A stretch of 64,000 nt of DNA from a virus. Every line of letters begins with the position of its first letter. The stretch's first letter is position 1. The notes beneath the pieces were generated by a model. That model was not told where the DNA came from and made no database searches. It saw nothing but the letters and a program-made list of their open reading frames with translations. A program made the position numbers and the translations under genes. Below, piece by piece: positions 21,437 through 32,169 of this stretch. The stretch is taken from IMG/VR virus record IMGVR_UViG_3300045125_000140, positions 1 to 64,000 of that record; one strand, 5' to 3'.

Positions 21437-22240
21437 TCAGTTTTGGGAGGATATAAACGACAGATCCTCAACAGAGATTCCAAGAGAAACGTTTCTGTCG
21501 GATAGCGCCGCATTCTGTGACGGAGCTGAGGAAAACGACCGGGACGATCCGAGCGTAAGCTCCAGGGGAGACGCGGCCGTTACGTTAGTTATCGCCGATT
21601 CAACGACCTTAACATATGCCGGAGGCATTAAGCCGGTGGCATTATTTGAAGACGACGCCAGGTTTATAGGATCGGCTCCGCCCGGTTTATGCGTAGACGC
21701 GTGGTTGGATGTGATCGTACCACTGAAGGAGATCAGGTACGAATCCGGATCGAAGGATATGGACGTCACGGCCGTAGCGCCGGTGACAACCGTGGCGAAA
21801 CGAAGCTCTTTATTATTTACGACCGGAATTGACGGATTAACCGTTTTATCCAGCGAAACGACGTAGGTAGACTCCACTTCAACGGAGGTACTCGAAGCCA
21901 CGCCGCCGACGAGCTTCTCTCTTGTCGCCGTCGTGGTGGATTCGGTCAACTTAAAGAAGAGGTGATAAGTATTATTTGCGCCGAGGAGTGTCGTACCGCC
22001 ATCGAATCTTGCGAGAATACCCTTTACGGCAAAATATTGAGCGGGTACGGTTACTTGTAGGCCGGCGTAAGTTATGGATGCGCTAGTATCAGAGAACAAG
22101 ACGTTCTCGCTTGAGGACCCGGACGACGCGAACGCCGCGACAACCTCAGCCAGGGCGCTCTCCAAGTTTGTGGATATAGCTTGAAGATCGACGGACTCGA
22201 GCTTGATTCCGGACGGAAAGAGTCTTTTCTGCAGTGGCAT
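21437..22240 (-). CDS. Tail-fibre-like protein, N-terminal part (frameshifted)
   Basis: HASTHKPGGADPI...ATGLMP motif common in phage fibres. Confidence 0.55.
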   Translation of the reverse strand: MPLQKRLFPSGIKLESVDLQAISTNLESALAEVVAAFASSGSSSENVLFSDTSASITYAGLQVTVPAQYFAVKGILARFDGGTTLLGANNTYHLFFKLTESTTTATREKLVGGVASSTSVEVESTYVVSLDKTVNPSIPVVNNKELRFATVVTGATAVTSISFDPDSYLISFSGTITSNHASTHKPGGADPINLASSSNNATGLMPPAYVKVVESAITNVTAASPLELTLGSSRSFSSAPSQNAALSDRNVSLGISVEDLSFISSQN

Positions 22241-22248
22241 CGATTAAC

Positions 22249-22902
22249 TCAGTTCGTGATCTGGCGGAACCAGATAGATCCGTTAAATGATAACGTTACC
22301 GAGGCAGCAGCGGTAGATTTCGTCACTTCCAGCAGTAACCTTTTACCAGGAAACAGCTTGAGTCCGTTTGAGGGATTTAACTCAAATATGCGATTATAGT
22401 ACTCGGAGGGGGCGGTAACTTTGAACGAGAACGCAGCAACCACCCCACTCTGCGCGGTGCTGGTTGTGTTGTCGTTGGTAACTACAAGCTTAACGATAAT
22501 GACGTCGCCGGCTGCGAGCGTCGTCTGATCATTAAAATACACCGCATCGATAATCCACGACTTCCCGGAGTCTGGGACGTCTGAAATAACTTTTGGATTT
22601 TGAGCTGCTGGGGCCACTCCAGTTGTACCGTTGAGGTAGTACAGAGTTTGGCTACTAGTTTGCGCCACAGAGGACAGGCCGAACGATATAACTCCCTGAG
22701 CCTGGCCGCTAACTAGATCGTAGATGCCGTCAAGCCAGGTATTCGAGACGTCTTGATTAGCCGACGTAGCGACGCCGGAACCGGACAACTCGCTTCCGAA
22801 TATCTTATCGACAATAACGTGGGACGTATGCACCGAAGAAGCCTCGGTGGTTTTCATTGCCACGGTAGCGCCGGACGCATCTTTTACGGAAATTGTTGCC
22901 AT
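22249..22902 (-). CDS. Hypothetical structural protein
   Basis: 217-aa S/T/A-rich ORF; ATSANQ motif; in the tail operon. Confidence 0.55.
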   Translation of the reverse strand: MATISVKDASGATVAMKTTEASSVHTSHVIVDKIFGSELSGSGVATSANQDVSNTWLDGIYDLVSGQAQGVISFGLSSVAQTSSQTLYYLNGTTGVAPAAQNPKVISDVPDSGKSWIIDAVYFNDQTTLAAGDVIIVKLVVTNDNTTSTAQSGVVAAFSFKVTAPSEYYNRIFELNPSNGLKLFPGKRLLLEVTKSTAAASVTLSFNGSIWFRQITN

Positions 22903-22909
22903 TGTGAGC

Positions 22910-24199
22910 TCAGAATAAGAATTGGATTAGGCCGGATTGGCGTGAATTGCTGAAATCAAGTCGACCAACCGGCTCTAAATCCGCTGACATTAGTGTAGCT
23001 ATCTGGGCAGCAATCTGCTGACCAATTGCCGAATGCTGGGCCTCTGATAATATCAAACCCCAAGGGTTTAAGCTAGAGGTCATGTACGGCCGCGTATCGA
23101 ATTTTGTTATCGCAGATCCGCTTACGCCGGTAATCCCAGAGTGGATGCCTGAGCCGGCCGGGCCGGCGATCGGGGGCGTAACTAGGAGCACCGGCGTAGT
23201 CAGCCCGGTTGCTGCCCGTATTTGGGATATTAGCGAGTTTAATCCGGAGGTAAGTTGGGTATGCCAGGTCGAATCGTCCGGATTCCGCATCGCGTAATCA
23301 CCTATATCAGGAACGATAACGGCCAATTTTATAGCGGAAATACTTCCGCGTCTATATAGCGTTGATCTACCGACTAGGTTTGCCACGTTACCGGGATAAC
23401 TGTAGTACGGCTCTACGATGACCGATTCGCCCGTGTCTAGGTTGATTCCGTCACCCGCGGCGTACATCTCCTTAGACGTGTAGGCCACTTCTCCCGGAAA
23501 TTTTCTAGAAATACTAAACGATACGGGCTGAATATGCATCTCTGGGTAGGCGGTGTACAGCTTCACCAGCCGCTTAGCAGGAGATAATCCAAGAAGTCCG
23601 TTGGTGACTCCTAAAGATGCGTAAGACTTCTCGACTCCATCAAAGATCAGTCTATTTGCCGGAAGCCGGATATCGGAACCAGAGTATGGGACGACGACCC
23701 CGTCCATCGACTCCCCGCCGACGATAAGAACGGGATATCTAGCGGGAGACAGGAACGGAGATTCGGACTCTACGGTGTTCAAGATTGCCGGAGTATCGAC
23801 GAGGAGAGCGACGATTTCGCAAAAGCGACCATACGGCCCTTCCGACAACACATCCTCTTCCGGGGCTTCCCGCCAACGCTCAACCGATCTTATCGGAAGT
23901 CTGGATGCGTCTACCTGACTTCCCAGTCTTAGCACTGTTATATCTACGCGATAGGTGACGTTCGGAGATAAGTCAGTTCTAAAAATTATGCGGCCGCGCG
24001 CAGGAAATACTTCCTGTGTTTTGGGGCCGGGCACATTAATCGGATAAATCGAAACACCAACCAGTGGGTAAGAGGGCAACGTGTCAAAACTGCCCGATTG
24101 GATCATGAACGACTCACCAAAGTCGGCCCCTACAATGTAGGAGTTTTTCAACGAGAAGGCGATCTTGGCGCCTGTTCTATTTGTGATCCAATTAGCCAT
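22910..24199 (-). CDS. Virion protein with possible SGNH/acetylesterase-like C-terminal fold
   Basis: LIVGGESMDG, LNSLISQIR...PVLLVTPP and QHSAIGQQIA follow SGNH block order; the catalytic DxxH is not evident. Confidence 0.4.
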   Translation of the reverse strand: MANWITNRTGAKIAFSLKNSYIVGADFGESFMIQSGSFDTLPSYPLVGVSIYPINVPGPKTQEVFPARGRIIFRTDLSPNVTYRVDITVLRLGSQVDASRLPIRSVERWREAPEEDVLSEGPYGRFCEIVALLVDTPAILNTVESESPFLSPARYPVLIVGGESMDGVVVPYSGSDIRLPANRLIFDGVEKSYASLGVTNGLLGLSPAKRLVKLYTAYPEMHIQPVSFSISRKFPGEVAYTSKEMYAAGDGINLDTGESVIVEPYYSYPGNVANLVGRSTLYRRGSISAIKLAVIVPDIGDYAMRNPDDSTWHTQLTSGLNSLISQIRAATGLTTPVLLVTPPIAGPAGSGIHSGITGVSGSAITKFDTRPYMTSSLNPWGLILSEAQHSAIGQQIAAQIATLMSADLEPVGRLDFSNSRQSGLIQFLF

Positions 24200-27100
24200 T
24201 AGAGGGGAGTTCTTGAAATCTCGTAGAGGTAAATGGCTGGGCCAGTCAGCTGGGCTGTGAATTTTACGGTGTTTCCTCTAAATTGTCCTATAGGAATTCG
24301 AGTAACTCCATCGAATCTATAAACATATTTAATTCCGGTCCAGAGCGGCCAGCCGATCGAGTCGATTGAAACACCGAACGTAGATGCGTTGTTTGGGTAG
24401 GCTTCGGTTATGATTATCCCAATATTTCCGGTTATGGGATTCAACCAGATAGATTGCATCTGGGTTGCTTGGGTAGTTACGTAAAACGCCATGTCGCTGG
24501 TGTTAGCCGCGAGTCTTCGCATCTCTACGCCACCAGGAAGCGGCCTTAGGGGTTCGCCTAGACGGTAATCATCTATCCACGACATGCTGGAGTGAAGTTG
24601 CTTGAACCATCCGAGCACGTAACCCCACGGCGCTATGTTAGGAGTTACTCCAGTTTGTATTAAGAACTTGCCGGACGCGTCGGTTCTAATCGGGACGCTG
24701 CTTGAATCTAACGCAGCTGTCCCGTTATCGACCATATGACGCATCGGGTAGGGCGGCTGATTGTATGCAGTGTCTGTTAAGCCGGAGGAGAACGAATAAT
24801 TAAGCGAAAGCGGTAATCCTTTGTGATAGGAGTCGTTAGTAACCCACATAGCGTTAAAGACCGAAACCTCGGGCTTAGCCGGATCTATAGTGATGCCTAG
24901 GTGAGCGGTTCTTTGATATTGGCTATACACCATATTCCACAAGAAACACGCGCGACCGCCGTCAAAATCGCCTATGACGTGCATCATGTCGATTTTGCCG
25001 AGCAGAGCTTCTTCAACAGCTTCGCTCGAGAATGCAAAATCGGAGTCGGATGCTCTAAGCGTCGTAAGTAAATTGCTCGCAATAGTTCGTTTTCCGGCGT
25101 GGTACGTTCCGATGTTTCCGTAATCGCCGGCCGCAGCATTTTTACGATCAAAAATTAAAACATAGCAGTCGTTATTTGAGCCGACAACGTCTACGTTAGT
25201 TCCTATTCCGCAATACTGGTCTAGATAGGATCCTTTTGGGGCTAGCGGAATTACACTCGTAGAAGTTCCGGAAAATATACCTGAAAGTGATGCTTGCGAT
25301 AAGCTATTGTAAATCTTTTTTTGGTGATCTACGATCAGAGATTGCCCAGGAGTTCTAGAAAAGTCTACTCCGTGAACTATTCCCGGGTTTGGGTTGTAGA
25401 CGTTCTCCAGGTACTTAGGGACAAGCGTAAAGTAGGAGTTCTCGGCTACTCCGCTTAACGTCCGCGTCCCACCAACTTTAGTTTGCTTTTCTAGCAAGTA
25501 ATTATTAGACGGCAGCAACGGGTTTACTGGAGTAGTTGTTCCTGTAAACAAGTACTGGGTTTCTGGACCGATACCTCCGGGTTGCGTCCCATCTGGCCAC
25601 GTGACCGGAAATACGTACGGAATCGTAGTTGGGCCTGTTGCATATGGAAGAGTTATTACCGTCGTCTGAAATTGTCCGGTGTTTCTGGATGTCCAATATC
25701 CGGGAATCGTGTACGGGAACAATCTCGGGGCCCGGTCAGGGAACGCACTAAATACTGCTCTTAAGCCAGACGCCATCTCCATGTAACTAATATTATTAGC
25801 ACTTATGTAGGTATAAATAGACGGGGGAAAGGCGTATGTGAATGCGTTATTTGGCTCATATTGAATGTACCCAGATACACCGTCGCTGGCTCGCCCTCTA
25901 GCAGGTATGGAATTCTGCGTACCGCCCATGTCAAAGGAGTTGTTATGCCAATTATAGATATGAGCTCGTATGTTTCCGTCTTGGAAAAACTGCTCTAACC
26001 GAATGAGCTCATAAAAAACAGGGAAGAAATTAGCCGCTGGAACCAGGGCGTTGCTGGTCTGGCTGGGGGCGTGAGAGTCTACTGGCCCTAAAACCACAAA
26101 CAACTTCTCCAACTTAGTTCTTGGCGACACGTCGGAGCTGGCGCGCCACTTTGCAGGTAAGAAGTATGGTTGAGTAGCTTCGATCCAGTCTCGGTACATG
26201 ACGGACGCGTCGTAGTATGCGGATTCGCCTTGGCCTCGAATCGGGAGATTCTTTATGCTTAGCTTGTACGGCTGCGAATACTGAGCGGCAGTTGTAAACT
26301 GTCCTGGCGTGAAGTTATTCTTCGGGTAATGCGTCCAGAATATCTCTAGGCACGTACCCAAACCTTTATAGGTGACCTGCTTCCAAAGCAGATTTGGATC
26401 TTCAAATTGGAAGTAGATTCCTCGACGTAGGACTACGTCGTATAGGGCGTTAAATCCGAGGGCGGGCGGCGCCGAGTTTGTTTTGTGACCGTCGTTTAGT
26501 GAGTACTTAAACGAAGACAAGGTCGGTCCGTGATGGATGCTTCCGGAGTGCTCGGTCTCAACAAACCGCATGTTGGACGGGTTCCCCTGGGGCTGTATCC
26601 GCAGTCTTGGGAACTCGCCGCACACGATTGAGTATCTAGTCTCTCCAGTGGGGCCCCACATCTTGTGCCAGAATTTAATATCAACCGAAGACTCTTCGGT
26701 GTAAAGTTCGATGTTAAACGTTCTGGACTGATATACCGTAGATCCTGCGAGGGTAGTGGTCGTAATTCCGTTCGCCGTAGAGGTAGTGGTGGTCCACGTT
26801 ATGGCGGACGAGTTTATTATTGCGAAAGAGTCGTTTACGTTATCCCAAATCACAGCGCGCCAAATCGGGCATGGTTCGCAAACCCAGGTAGACGGACCTA
26901 GAATCAACGAGCTGATGTATTTGCCGTAAGTTGCATCGGTAGAGAAATTCAATTGAGGCACCTCTTCCCACCAGTTCTCGTCAACTAATGCGCTAAAGTC
27001 AGTCCTCGTGGAGTAGGACGGTCCGATGTAGTCGTTGCCTACATAAGATAGATCAGATACCGAGAATGTTGGGATTTTCTTAAATGAAACTTGTTCAGAT

Positions 27101-27654
27101 ACAACCTCGCCCTTAAGTACGTCCTTAAGAGATCCGTCCTCTACTTGGGTAAAGGGAATAACTCCGACATCGGCGGGTTTTGACCGATGAAGTAGGGTTA
27201 TAGCGTTATTGACTCGGGTCTCGTCTGTATTCGCATTCCACGTGATCTTTGCGGCGAATATGAATCGGGACAGCACTTCGGATAGCAGCTTCGTCGCCTT
27301 TTGAATCGACTCGCCTTCCGCTAACGCGGACAGGTCATCGATCATAATATCCGAGAACGAGAAGGCGTCGCGCTGGCGCATCGTTCTCGTATAGAGCTTA
27401 GCCGACACGGCCTGTGTTCCAGTCAGCCTAGCGCCGTAGAATGATCCGTACGGGTCTACGCCGTATCGAACTGGAACAACATCTACCTTAGTGCGCGAAG
27501 ACGCTGAGGTCGGAGTGACAATGTACGGTCGTAGATACCGGCGCTCGGTGTTACCATCGCTGGTCAGCACGATCATTTCGATAAGATCGGTCGGCCGATA
27601 CAGCATACCCACTGATATCAGTGGAGAAGGACAGCTGGTAGTTGTCGCCGTCAA
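24199..27654 (-). CDS. C-terminal part of a baseplate wedge protein fused to a glycoside-hydrolase-like barrel
   Basis: LLHRSKPAD wedge-type motif, then YRDW, YNWH, GSYLDQ, FSSEAVEE..L..ID, LWNMVY resembling GH-like (DUF6259-type) barrels. Confidence 0.45.
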   Translation of the reverse strand: MTATTTSCPSPLISVGMLYRPTDLIEMIVLTSDGNTERRYLRPYIVTPTSASSRTKVDVVPVRYGVDPYGSFYGARLTGTQAVSAKLYTRTMRQRDAFSFSDIMIDDLSALAEGESIQKATKLLSEVLSRFIFAAKITWNANTDETRVNNAITLLHRSKPADVGVIPFTQVEDGSLKDVLKGEVVSEQVSFKKIPTFSVSDLSYVGNDYIGPSYSTRTDFSALVDENWWEEVPQLNFSTDATYGKYISSLILGPSTWVCEPCPIWRAVIWDNVNDSFAIINSSAITWTTTTSTANGITTTTLAGSTVYQSRTFNIELYTEESSVDIKFWHKMWGPTGETRYSIVCGEFPRLRIQPQGNPSNMRFVETEHSGSIHHGPTLSSFKYSLNDGHKTNSAPPALGFNALYDVVLRRGIYFQFEDPNLLWKQVTYKGLGTCLEIFWTHYPKNNFTPGQFTTAAQYSQPYKLSIKNLPIRGQGESAYYDASVMYRDWIEATQPYFLPAKWRASSDVSPRTKLEKLFVVLGPVDSHAPSQTSNALVPAANFFPVFYELIRLEQFFQDGNIRAHIYNWHNNSFDMGGTQNSIPARGRASDGVSGYIQYEPNNAFTYAFPPSIYTYISANNISYMEMASGLRAVFSAFPDRAPRLFPYTIPGYWTSRNTGQFQTTVITLPYATGPTTIPYVFPVTWPDGTQPGGIGPETQYLFTGTTTPVNPLLPSNNYLLEKQTKVGGTRTLSGVAENSYFTLVPKYLENVYNPNPGIVHGVDFSRTPGQSLIVDHQKKIYNSLSQASLSGIFSGTSTSVIPLAPKGSYLDQYCGIGTNVDVVGSNNDCYVLIFDRKNAAAGDYGNIGTYHAGKRTIASNLLTTLRASDSDFAFSSEAVEEALLGKIDMMHVIGDFDGGRACFLWNMVYSQYQRTAHLGITIDPAKPEVSVFNAMWVTNDSYHKGLPLSLNYSFSSGLTDTAYNQPPYPMRHMVDNGTAALDSSSVPIRTDASGKFLIQTGVTPNIAPWGYVLGWFKQLHSSMSWIDDYRLGEPLRPLPGGVEMRRLAANTSDMAFYVTTQATQMQSIWLNPITGNIGIIITEAYPNNASTFGVSIDSIGWPLWTGIKYVYRFDGVTRIPIGQFRGNTVKFTAQLTGPAIYLYEISRTPL

Positions 27655-27953
27655 TTATAAGAATCGGGTTGTCGAGGGTCACCTCGATCGGAAGGTAAGC
27701 GTCAACTCGCTTTCCGTACTGGTAATCTCCGAAAGACTGGGCTACGAACGGGAGCCAGTTAAGGCTCTTCGATACGCCGTCGCCCTCGATGATCTCGCAG
27801 TTCCGGTTTACCGGATGGAACGCAGGAACAACTCGACCAGGGTTATCGAACGGAACATCCGGATCGATCTTTAAGCTGGTTTGTTCCGTTAGGTGTATCT
27901 ACAAGCAGGAGAATCTCCGTCCTGCGTGTTATCGACGCCCTTGGATATGCCGG

Positions 27954-29648
27954 CTATCGGATGAGTACTCGGAGCCGAGCGCGATGCTCACCAGAGTCAC
28001 GGGCGATCTTTACCGTGCTGCCCGAGCGCATAGCGGCGTAGAAGGCTACAAGAACCTTGCGGTAATCATCAGTCCAGCGACCGCCGTCCTCGAAGCGAGC
28101 CGGCACCCCAAGCATATCGCTCAGCAGGTGATCGTCGATCAGCGCGTTCTTAAACCAGGCTCGCTCGAATCGATCGCTAGTCTCGACCAGCGTGCCGCCT
28201 AAGTCCGGGCGAACAGTTACTTTAAGATTATCGCCGCTGCACGATACCGTAGGTTTATCAATTCCATCCTGTATCGCGTCGGCGGACACAAGAGTTCCTC
28301 GATAATTCTCGGATTCGTCGACTCGGGTCGGAACTACTGCGGTATATCGGAGCGACTGGATAGCGCCTCGAGCGCTTATTCTCGTACCCGACATAGTTAT
28401 CGGGCTATCGACGATGGTCAGGAAGTTTCCAGCCAGCGGCGTATCCGGAGCGGGGATAAGGCCGAGGTCGGAGCGGTCAACCATCACGGGGAAACGGTCC
28501 GAGTCGATCGGCGAATCAAATTCGATGCCGATAAGTTCGGCGTCTCGATCTAACGTGAGCATCGAATACGAGTGCACGTGATCTATAGGATCCTCGGCGT
28601 CCGTGTACTCGACGTCAACCTGGTCTCCAGGATTAGCGAATACATTGGCGGACAGCTGGATCGTCGACGAATTTAGGAAGCTGTACTGCGAGGAGTACGT
28701 AGCAGACGATCCTGCAGCCGGTGGCCGCAGCAGAATCCCGTTGATATAGACCTTGATCGGGAAATTTGCGTCTTCAACTAGTTGGTTTGTCTTGAGGCGC
28801 AGCGGGCGAGACGTGGGCAGCGATATTGTTTGCGAACGAGTTCTTGCAATATAGCTATATCGGGCGTGATCATGCTCCGCAAAGTGTTCTCCGGTCACTT
28901 GGAGCTGGAGCCCAGCTACCGGAGCGGCGCTGAATGTTATTAATCCTTCGGATACGTCGATGGCGCCGAGGTCAATATTAAATATGGTAACTGTTGCCGT
29001 GTCCGGATTGACCGGCCGGCTCAGCTTAAATGTGGCCTCGCGCTTAGTTGTGGTGAACGACTGGACTCCGGACGAGTCCGAGATCTTGACCGTGATGCCT
29101 GGAGGAAGGGGCGTGTTAAGAGTCAGATAGTTATTGGTGAACGAGAACGGCTTTGGATAGATATCAACATTTAATTTGATAAGTGTACCGGATTTTATCC
29201 ACGTGGTCGCCGAAATCCTTAGCGTGTCAGCACTTACGGATGAGGGGAATACAAACTCTTTCTTAGAGTTGTTACCAAGGAAGGCGGTATCGAATGGATT
29301 GCTGCGGTAGAGCTCCGCATCGGACTCGACTGTGAACGCGGCGTTTGGTTCAAGGAACTTAACCATGCGCACACCGAGCTCGGCCTGCTCTTCGACATTA
29401 CGGAGTAATGGATTTAAAATAAAATCCATGTCGAAGACGAGGCGCGTTCCCGGAACTGCGCCGGATATCGGAGTTACGCTCGGATTCGCGGCGATATCCT
29501 TGGCGTAATTGATCTGATATTCGTCAAGTTCGTTCGTTAAGTAGATCTCGCCGCGTTTTGGTATGTATTTTCCGCCAAAATAGATTCGGCTTGATTCCAG
29601 ATCCAAATACGAGCCCAAATAATAGGTCGTAATTCTCGGATCGAGCAT
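27954..29648 (-). CDS. Baseplate wedge protein, middle part (gene probably runs from about 29926 to 24199 with frameshifts)
   Basis: YRKVLVAFYAAMRSGST wedge-like motif. An alternative frame at about 29910-29735 reads FGAIPSFYRDKLPQKDRVVLSKLWEGV. Directly downstream of baseplate J. Confidence 0.55.
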   Translation of the reverse strand: MLDPRITTYYLGSYLDLESSRIYFGGKYIPKRGEIYLTNELDEYQINYAKDIAANPSVTPISGAVPGTRLVFDMDFILNPLLRNVEEQAELGVRMVKFLEPNAAFTVESDAELYRSNPFDTAFLGNNSKKEFVFPSSVSADTLRISATTWIKSGTLIKLNVDIYPKPFSFTNNYLTLNTPLPPGITVKISDSSGVQSFTTTKREATFKLSRPVNPDTATVTIFNIDLGAIDVSEGLITFSAAPVAGLQLQVTGEHFAEHDHARYSYIARTRSQTISLPTSRPLRLKTNQLVEDANFPIKVYINGILLRPPAAGSSATYSSQYSFLNSSTIQLSANVFANPGDQVDVEYTDAEDPIDHVHSYSMLTLDRDAELIGIEFDSPIDSDRFPVMVDRSDLGLIPAPDTPLAGNFLTIVDSPITMSGTRISARGAIQSLRYTAVVPTRVDESENYRGTLVSADAIQDGIDKPTVSCSGDNLKVTVRPDLGGTLVETSDRFERAWFKNALIDDHLLSDMLGVPARFEDGGRWTDDYRKVLVAFYAAMRSGSTVKIARDSGEHRARLRVLIR

Positions 29649-29922
29649 GAATCCGCTAACGAAGCTCTTTACTACGTGGCGGTGACGAGATTTACGGATC
29701 TCCCATGTTCCGAATTCGTGGTAAGCCCACGATCTAGGAGAAAGGACCGAGCTGGTAGCTAGCCGCGCGTTAGCCGCGGTCTGGAATAGGGCGGCGTAAT
29801 CGTCCTCGATGATACGAGTTACGCCCTCCCACAGCTTACTAAGAACTACGCGGTCCTTTTGCGGAAGCTTATCTCTGTAAAATGACGGAATGGCCCCGAA
29901 AAGACTTCCGGATCAAAAGATT

Positions 29923-30438
29923 TCATCCGAGCTTCCTGATGCTAAGAGTTGCGGCAGGGCGGAACACCTGATTGCCGCTCACCGACACTCTATCCTGCGA
30001 CGATACCGAATCAACGTTGCCGTCACCCATGTCCGTATTCATGAGAAGGGTGACGGGCATCTTGATATCGGTCACGCCGAAGAGATGGAGCAGCGAAATG
30101 ATCTCGCTTATGGTGATCTCCGAGTCAAATCCCTTCGACAGAACCAGATCTCTAAATACCTGCTCGATATCTTCTATCAGCGCGGGGCCGGTATAGCTCA
30201 TATCTAGATTAACGAGAGAGATCAGCGGGCGCACGACCTGAATGTCCTTCGTGACGTCTCGATTTTCGTCGAGTTTAAGGAAGGTATCGATCGTGTTGTA
30301 GTCTGCGTTGGTCAGATACGTGACTCTCAAACGGGCCCCCGCGAAGGCGAGCCCATCTGTCGTATCAGGATCGCGGATAACTATGACGTCCTTAGTACTG
30401 GAGGTTGCAAACGCAGCTCGAGAGCTCGCTCTGACCAA
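29923..30438 (-). CDS. Baseplate J-like protein, C-terminal part (frameshifted)
   Basis: IDTFLKLDENRDVTKDIQV...ISEIISLL; overlaps 30392..31885 in another frame. Confidence 0.65.
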   Translation of the reverse strand: MVRASSRAAFATSSTKDVIVIRDPDTTDGLAFAGARLRVTYLTNADYNTIDTFLKLDENRDVTKDIQVVRPLISLVNLDMSYTGPALIEDIEQVFRDLVLSKGFDSEITISEIISLLHLFGVTDIKMPVTLLMNTDMGDGNVDSVSSQDRVSVSGNQVFRPAATLSIRKLG

Positions 30439-31885
30439 CGCATAATGCCTGTTCGGTGTAAGTTCGCGTATGAATCTCGTCGGTATCGATTTCGAGCTGC
30501 TCTATCTTGGTGATTGTAAGAACAGGGAGCTCGAATCCAATACCGTCTTCGAATATAGCGACGCCCGCGTCGTTATTGGGTGATGTCTGGATCGGAATCT
30601 CAGCAACACCCGCGGCGTCCGTGAGCACCTTACCCACGACAACGGCTTTCTCGATGTCCGCGGACGAATCAACGTATACGTCGATCTTTCCGCCGATATG
30701 GAAGTTATTAGCCGCCGTCGGGCCGATGATTGTATATTTGAATCTATTGTCCTGATCGTCCGACAACGACGTGGTGTTGAACGGACGGTCGGTGAGCAGA
30801 AGCATCTTGTTCTCGCCACCGAACTCTACCGGGCCTGTGATCACGCGGGTGATCGTATAATCGCCGGTGTCGTCGACCGTGCCCTCATTACCATACAGCC
30901 GGATGCGATGACCGGGGCGAACGGCGACGCGTTCGATAGTCACGCCGTCCAGCGACGTCTCGAGGTTAAGATAATCGAGGTCCAGGAGATCATAAATAGC
31001 GCCAACGAACGGGACGTTGGTGTACAGGTTTCCGTTGGGGTCGGCGAACTCGATCTCGCCCGAGTTATTTAACGGGACGTTGTGCTTCTTGCACATCGAT
31101 ACCCGGAACAGCTCCTGGAAGTCGACGTTAACGGCCACCACGTCACGGGTCATGGCCTTATCGCCGAAGCCGGAGACCTTTACACGGCGCACGGACGAGA
31201 AGTTATCGAGGATAGTCTTCTCGATGCCGTCGCGCTTGACTAGGTCGCGATTAACTACGCTATTTATAATCCGCAGGTAGAGGTCGGTGTTTGAATCCCG
31301 ATTCTGGCCTGAGGTAAACCCGAGCTCGTTATTGGTGCGGGTCGCGCCTTTGATGCCTTGCGATATAGTCACAGTGCCGGCGCTTACGGACTGATCTTCG
31401 CCGATAGCTACCGAGACTACGGGAACATCGACATAGTACTCGGCGGTCGAAGGCAGGAAGTTCGCCTCGAGCTCTTCCTCGGTCACGAAGACATTCGAGG
31501 AGGGGACGAATACTCTTCCGGCCGAATCGAGGAACCTGGCGGTGGTCGTGATATTAACTGGCTGTACCACGCTGAAAAACACACGCTGAACTCCGCGAGC
31601 CTGGGCGCCGTCTCGGCGCGACACCAGGAAGTTCGAGGCGAGCGAGTCCATTTCCGACTCGTTCATTACCTGGAAGTTCCGGAGCTTCAGGTTGCGCGAC
31701 ATGACTCGAATATAGTCACGGTGCGGCTGGAGCATAAGGGCGATAGGGCGTACGATCAGATCGTGGATCGCCGACCCATCATTTAGGTTGAGGTCCGGAT
31801 AGCTTTCCTTGAGCAGGTCGATGAGAAACTGCTCGACAGGAATGTTGAATCGGACTTTATCGGATGCCGCCATCAATAGCTCCAA
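30392..31885 (-). CDS. Baseplate J/gp6-like wedge protein
   Basis: DLNLNDGSAIHDLIVRP, MDSLASNFLVSRRDGAQARG, VDVPVVSVAIG, GQNRDSNTDLYLRI are characteristic of Baseplate_J. Confidence 0.85.
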   Translation of the reverse strand: MELLMAASDKVRFNIPVEQFLIDLLKESYPDLNLNDGSAIHDLIVRPIALMLQPHRDYIRVMSRNLKLRNFQVMNESEMDSLASNFLVSRRDGAQARGVQRVFFSVVQPVNITTTARFLDSAGRVFVPSSNVFVTEEELEANFLPSTAEYYVDVPVVSVAIGEDQSVSAGTVTISQGIKGATRTNNELGFTSGQNRDSNTDLYLRIINSVVNRDLVKRDGIEKTILDNFSSVRRVKVSGFGDKAMTRDVVAVNVDFQELFRVSMCKKHNVPLNNSGEIEFADPNGNLYTNVPFVGAIYDLLDLDYLNLETSLDGVTIERVAVRPGHRIRLYGNEGTVDDTGDYTITRVITGPVEFGGENKMLLLTDRPFNTTSLSDDQDNRFKYTIIGPTAANNFHIGGKIDVYVDSSADIEKAVVVGKVLTDAAGVAEIPIQTSPNNDAGVAIFEDGIGFELPVLTITKIEQLEIDTDEIHTRTYTEQALCVGQSELSSCVCNLQY

Positions 31886-32169
31886 AGGTCAAAAATAGTG
31901 TAACCTTAACTTGAATTCACCTGGATTAGTAGTTACCAGGTTATTCTAGTATTTAGGAGGACGTATGCGCACGAACGAGTTAACCAAGGTCAAACTCTCT
32001 ACTAAAAAGAGATACCAGAGACCGCTAAGAAACACAAGTTGAGGGAAGCATTTCCGCTGCTCAGCAGCCTGCTCCATAGTTACGACCCGGATACAGCCGA
32101 CGGAATGACTATCGGGTTGACCAACGGATTGCGCGATATATTCCTGCACGTTAAGAAGGGGGATTCGAT

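Noticed and set aside
132-31786. Numerous plus-strand ORFs opposite the tail genes
   Set aside because: Antisense shadows of long minus-strand genes without RBS or motifs.
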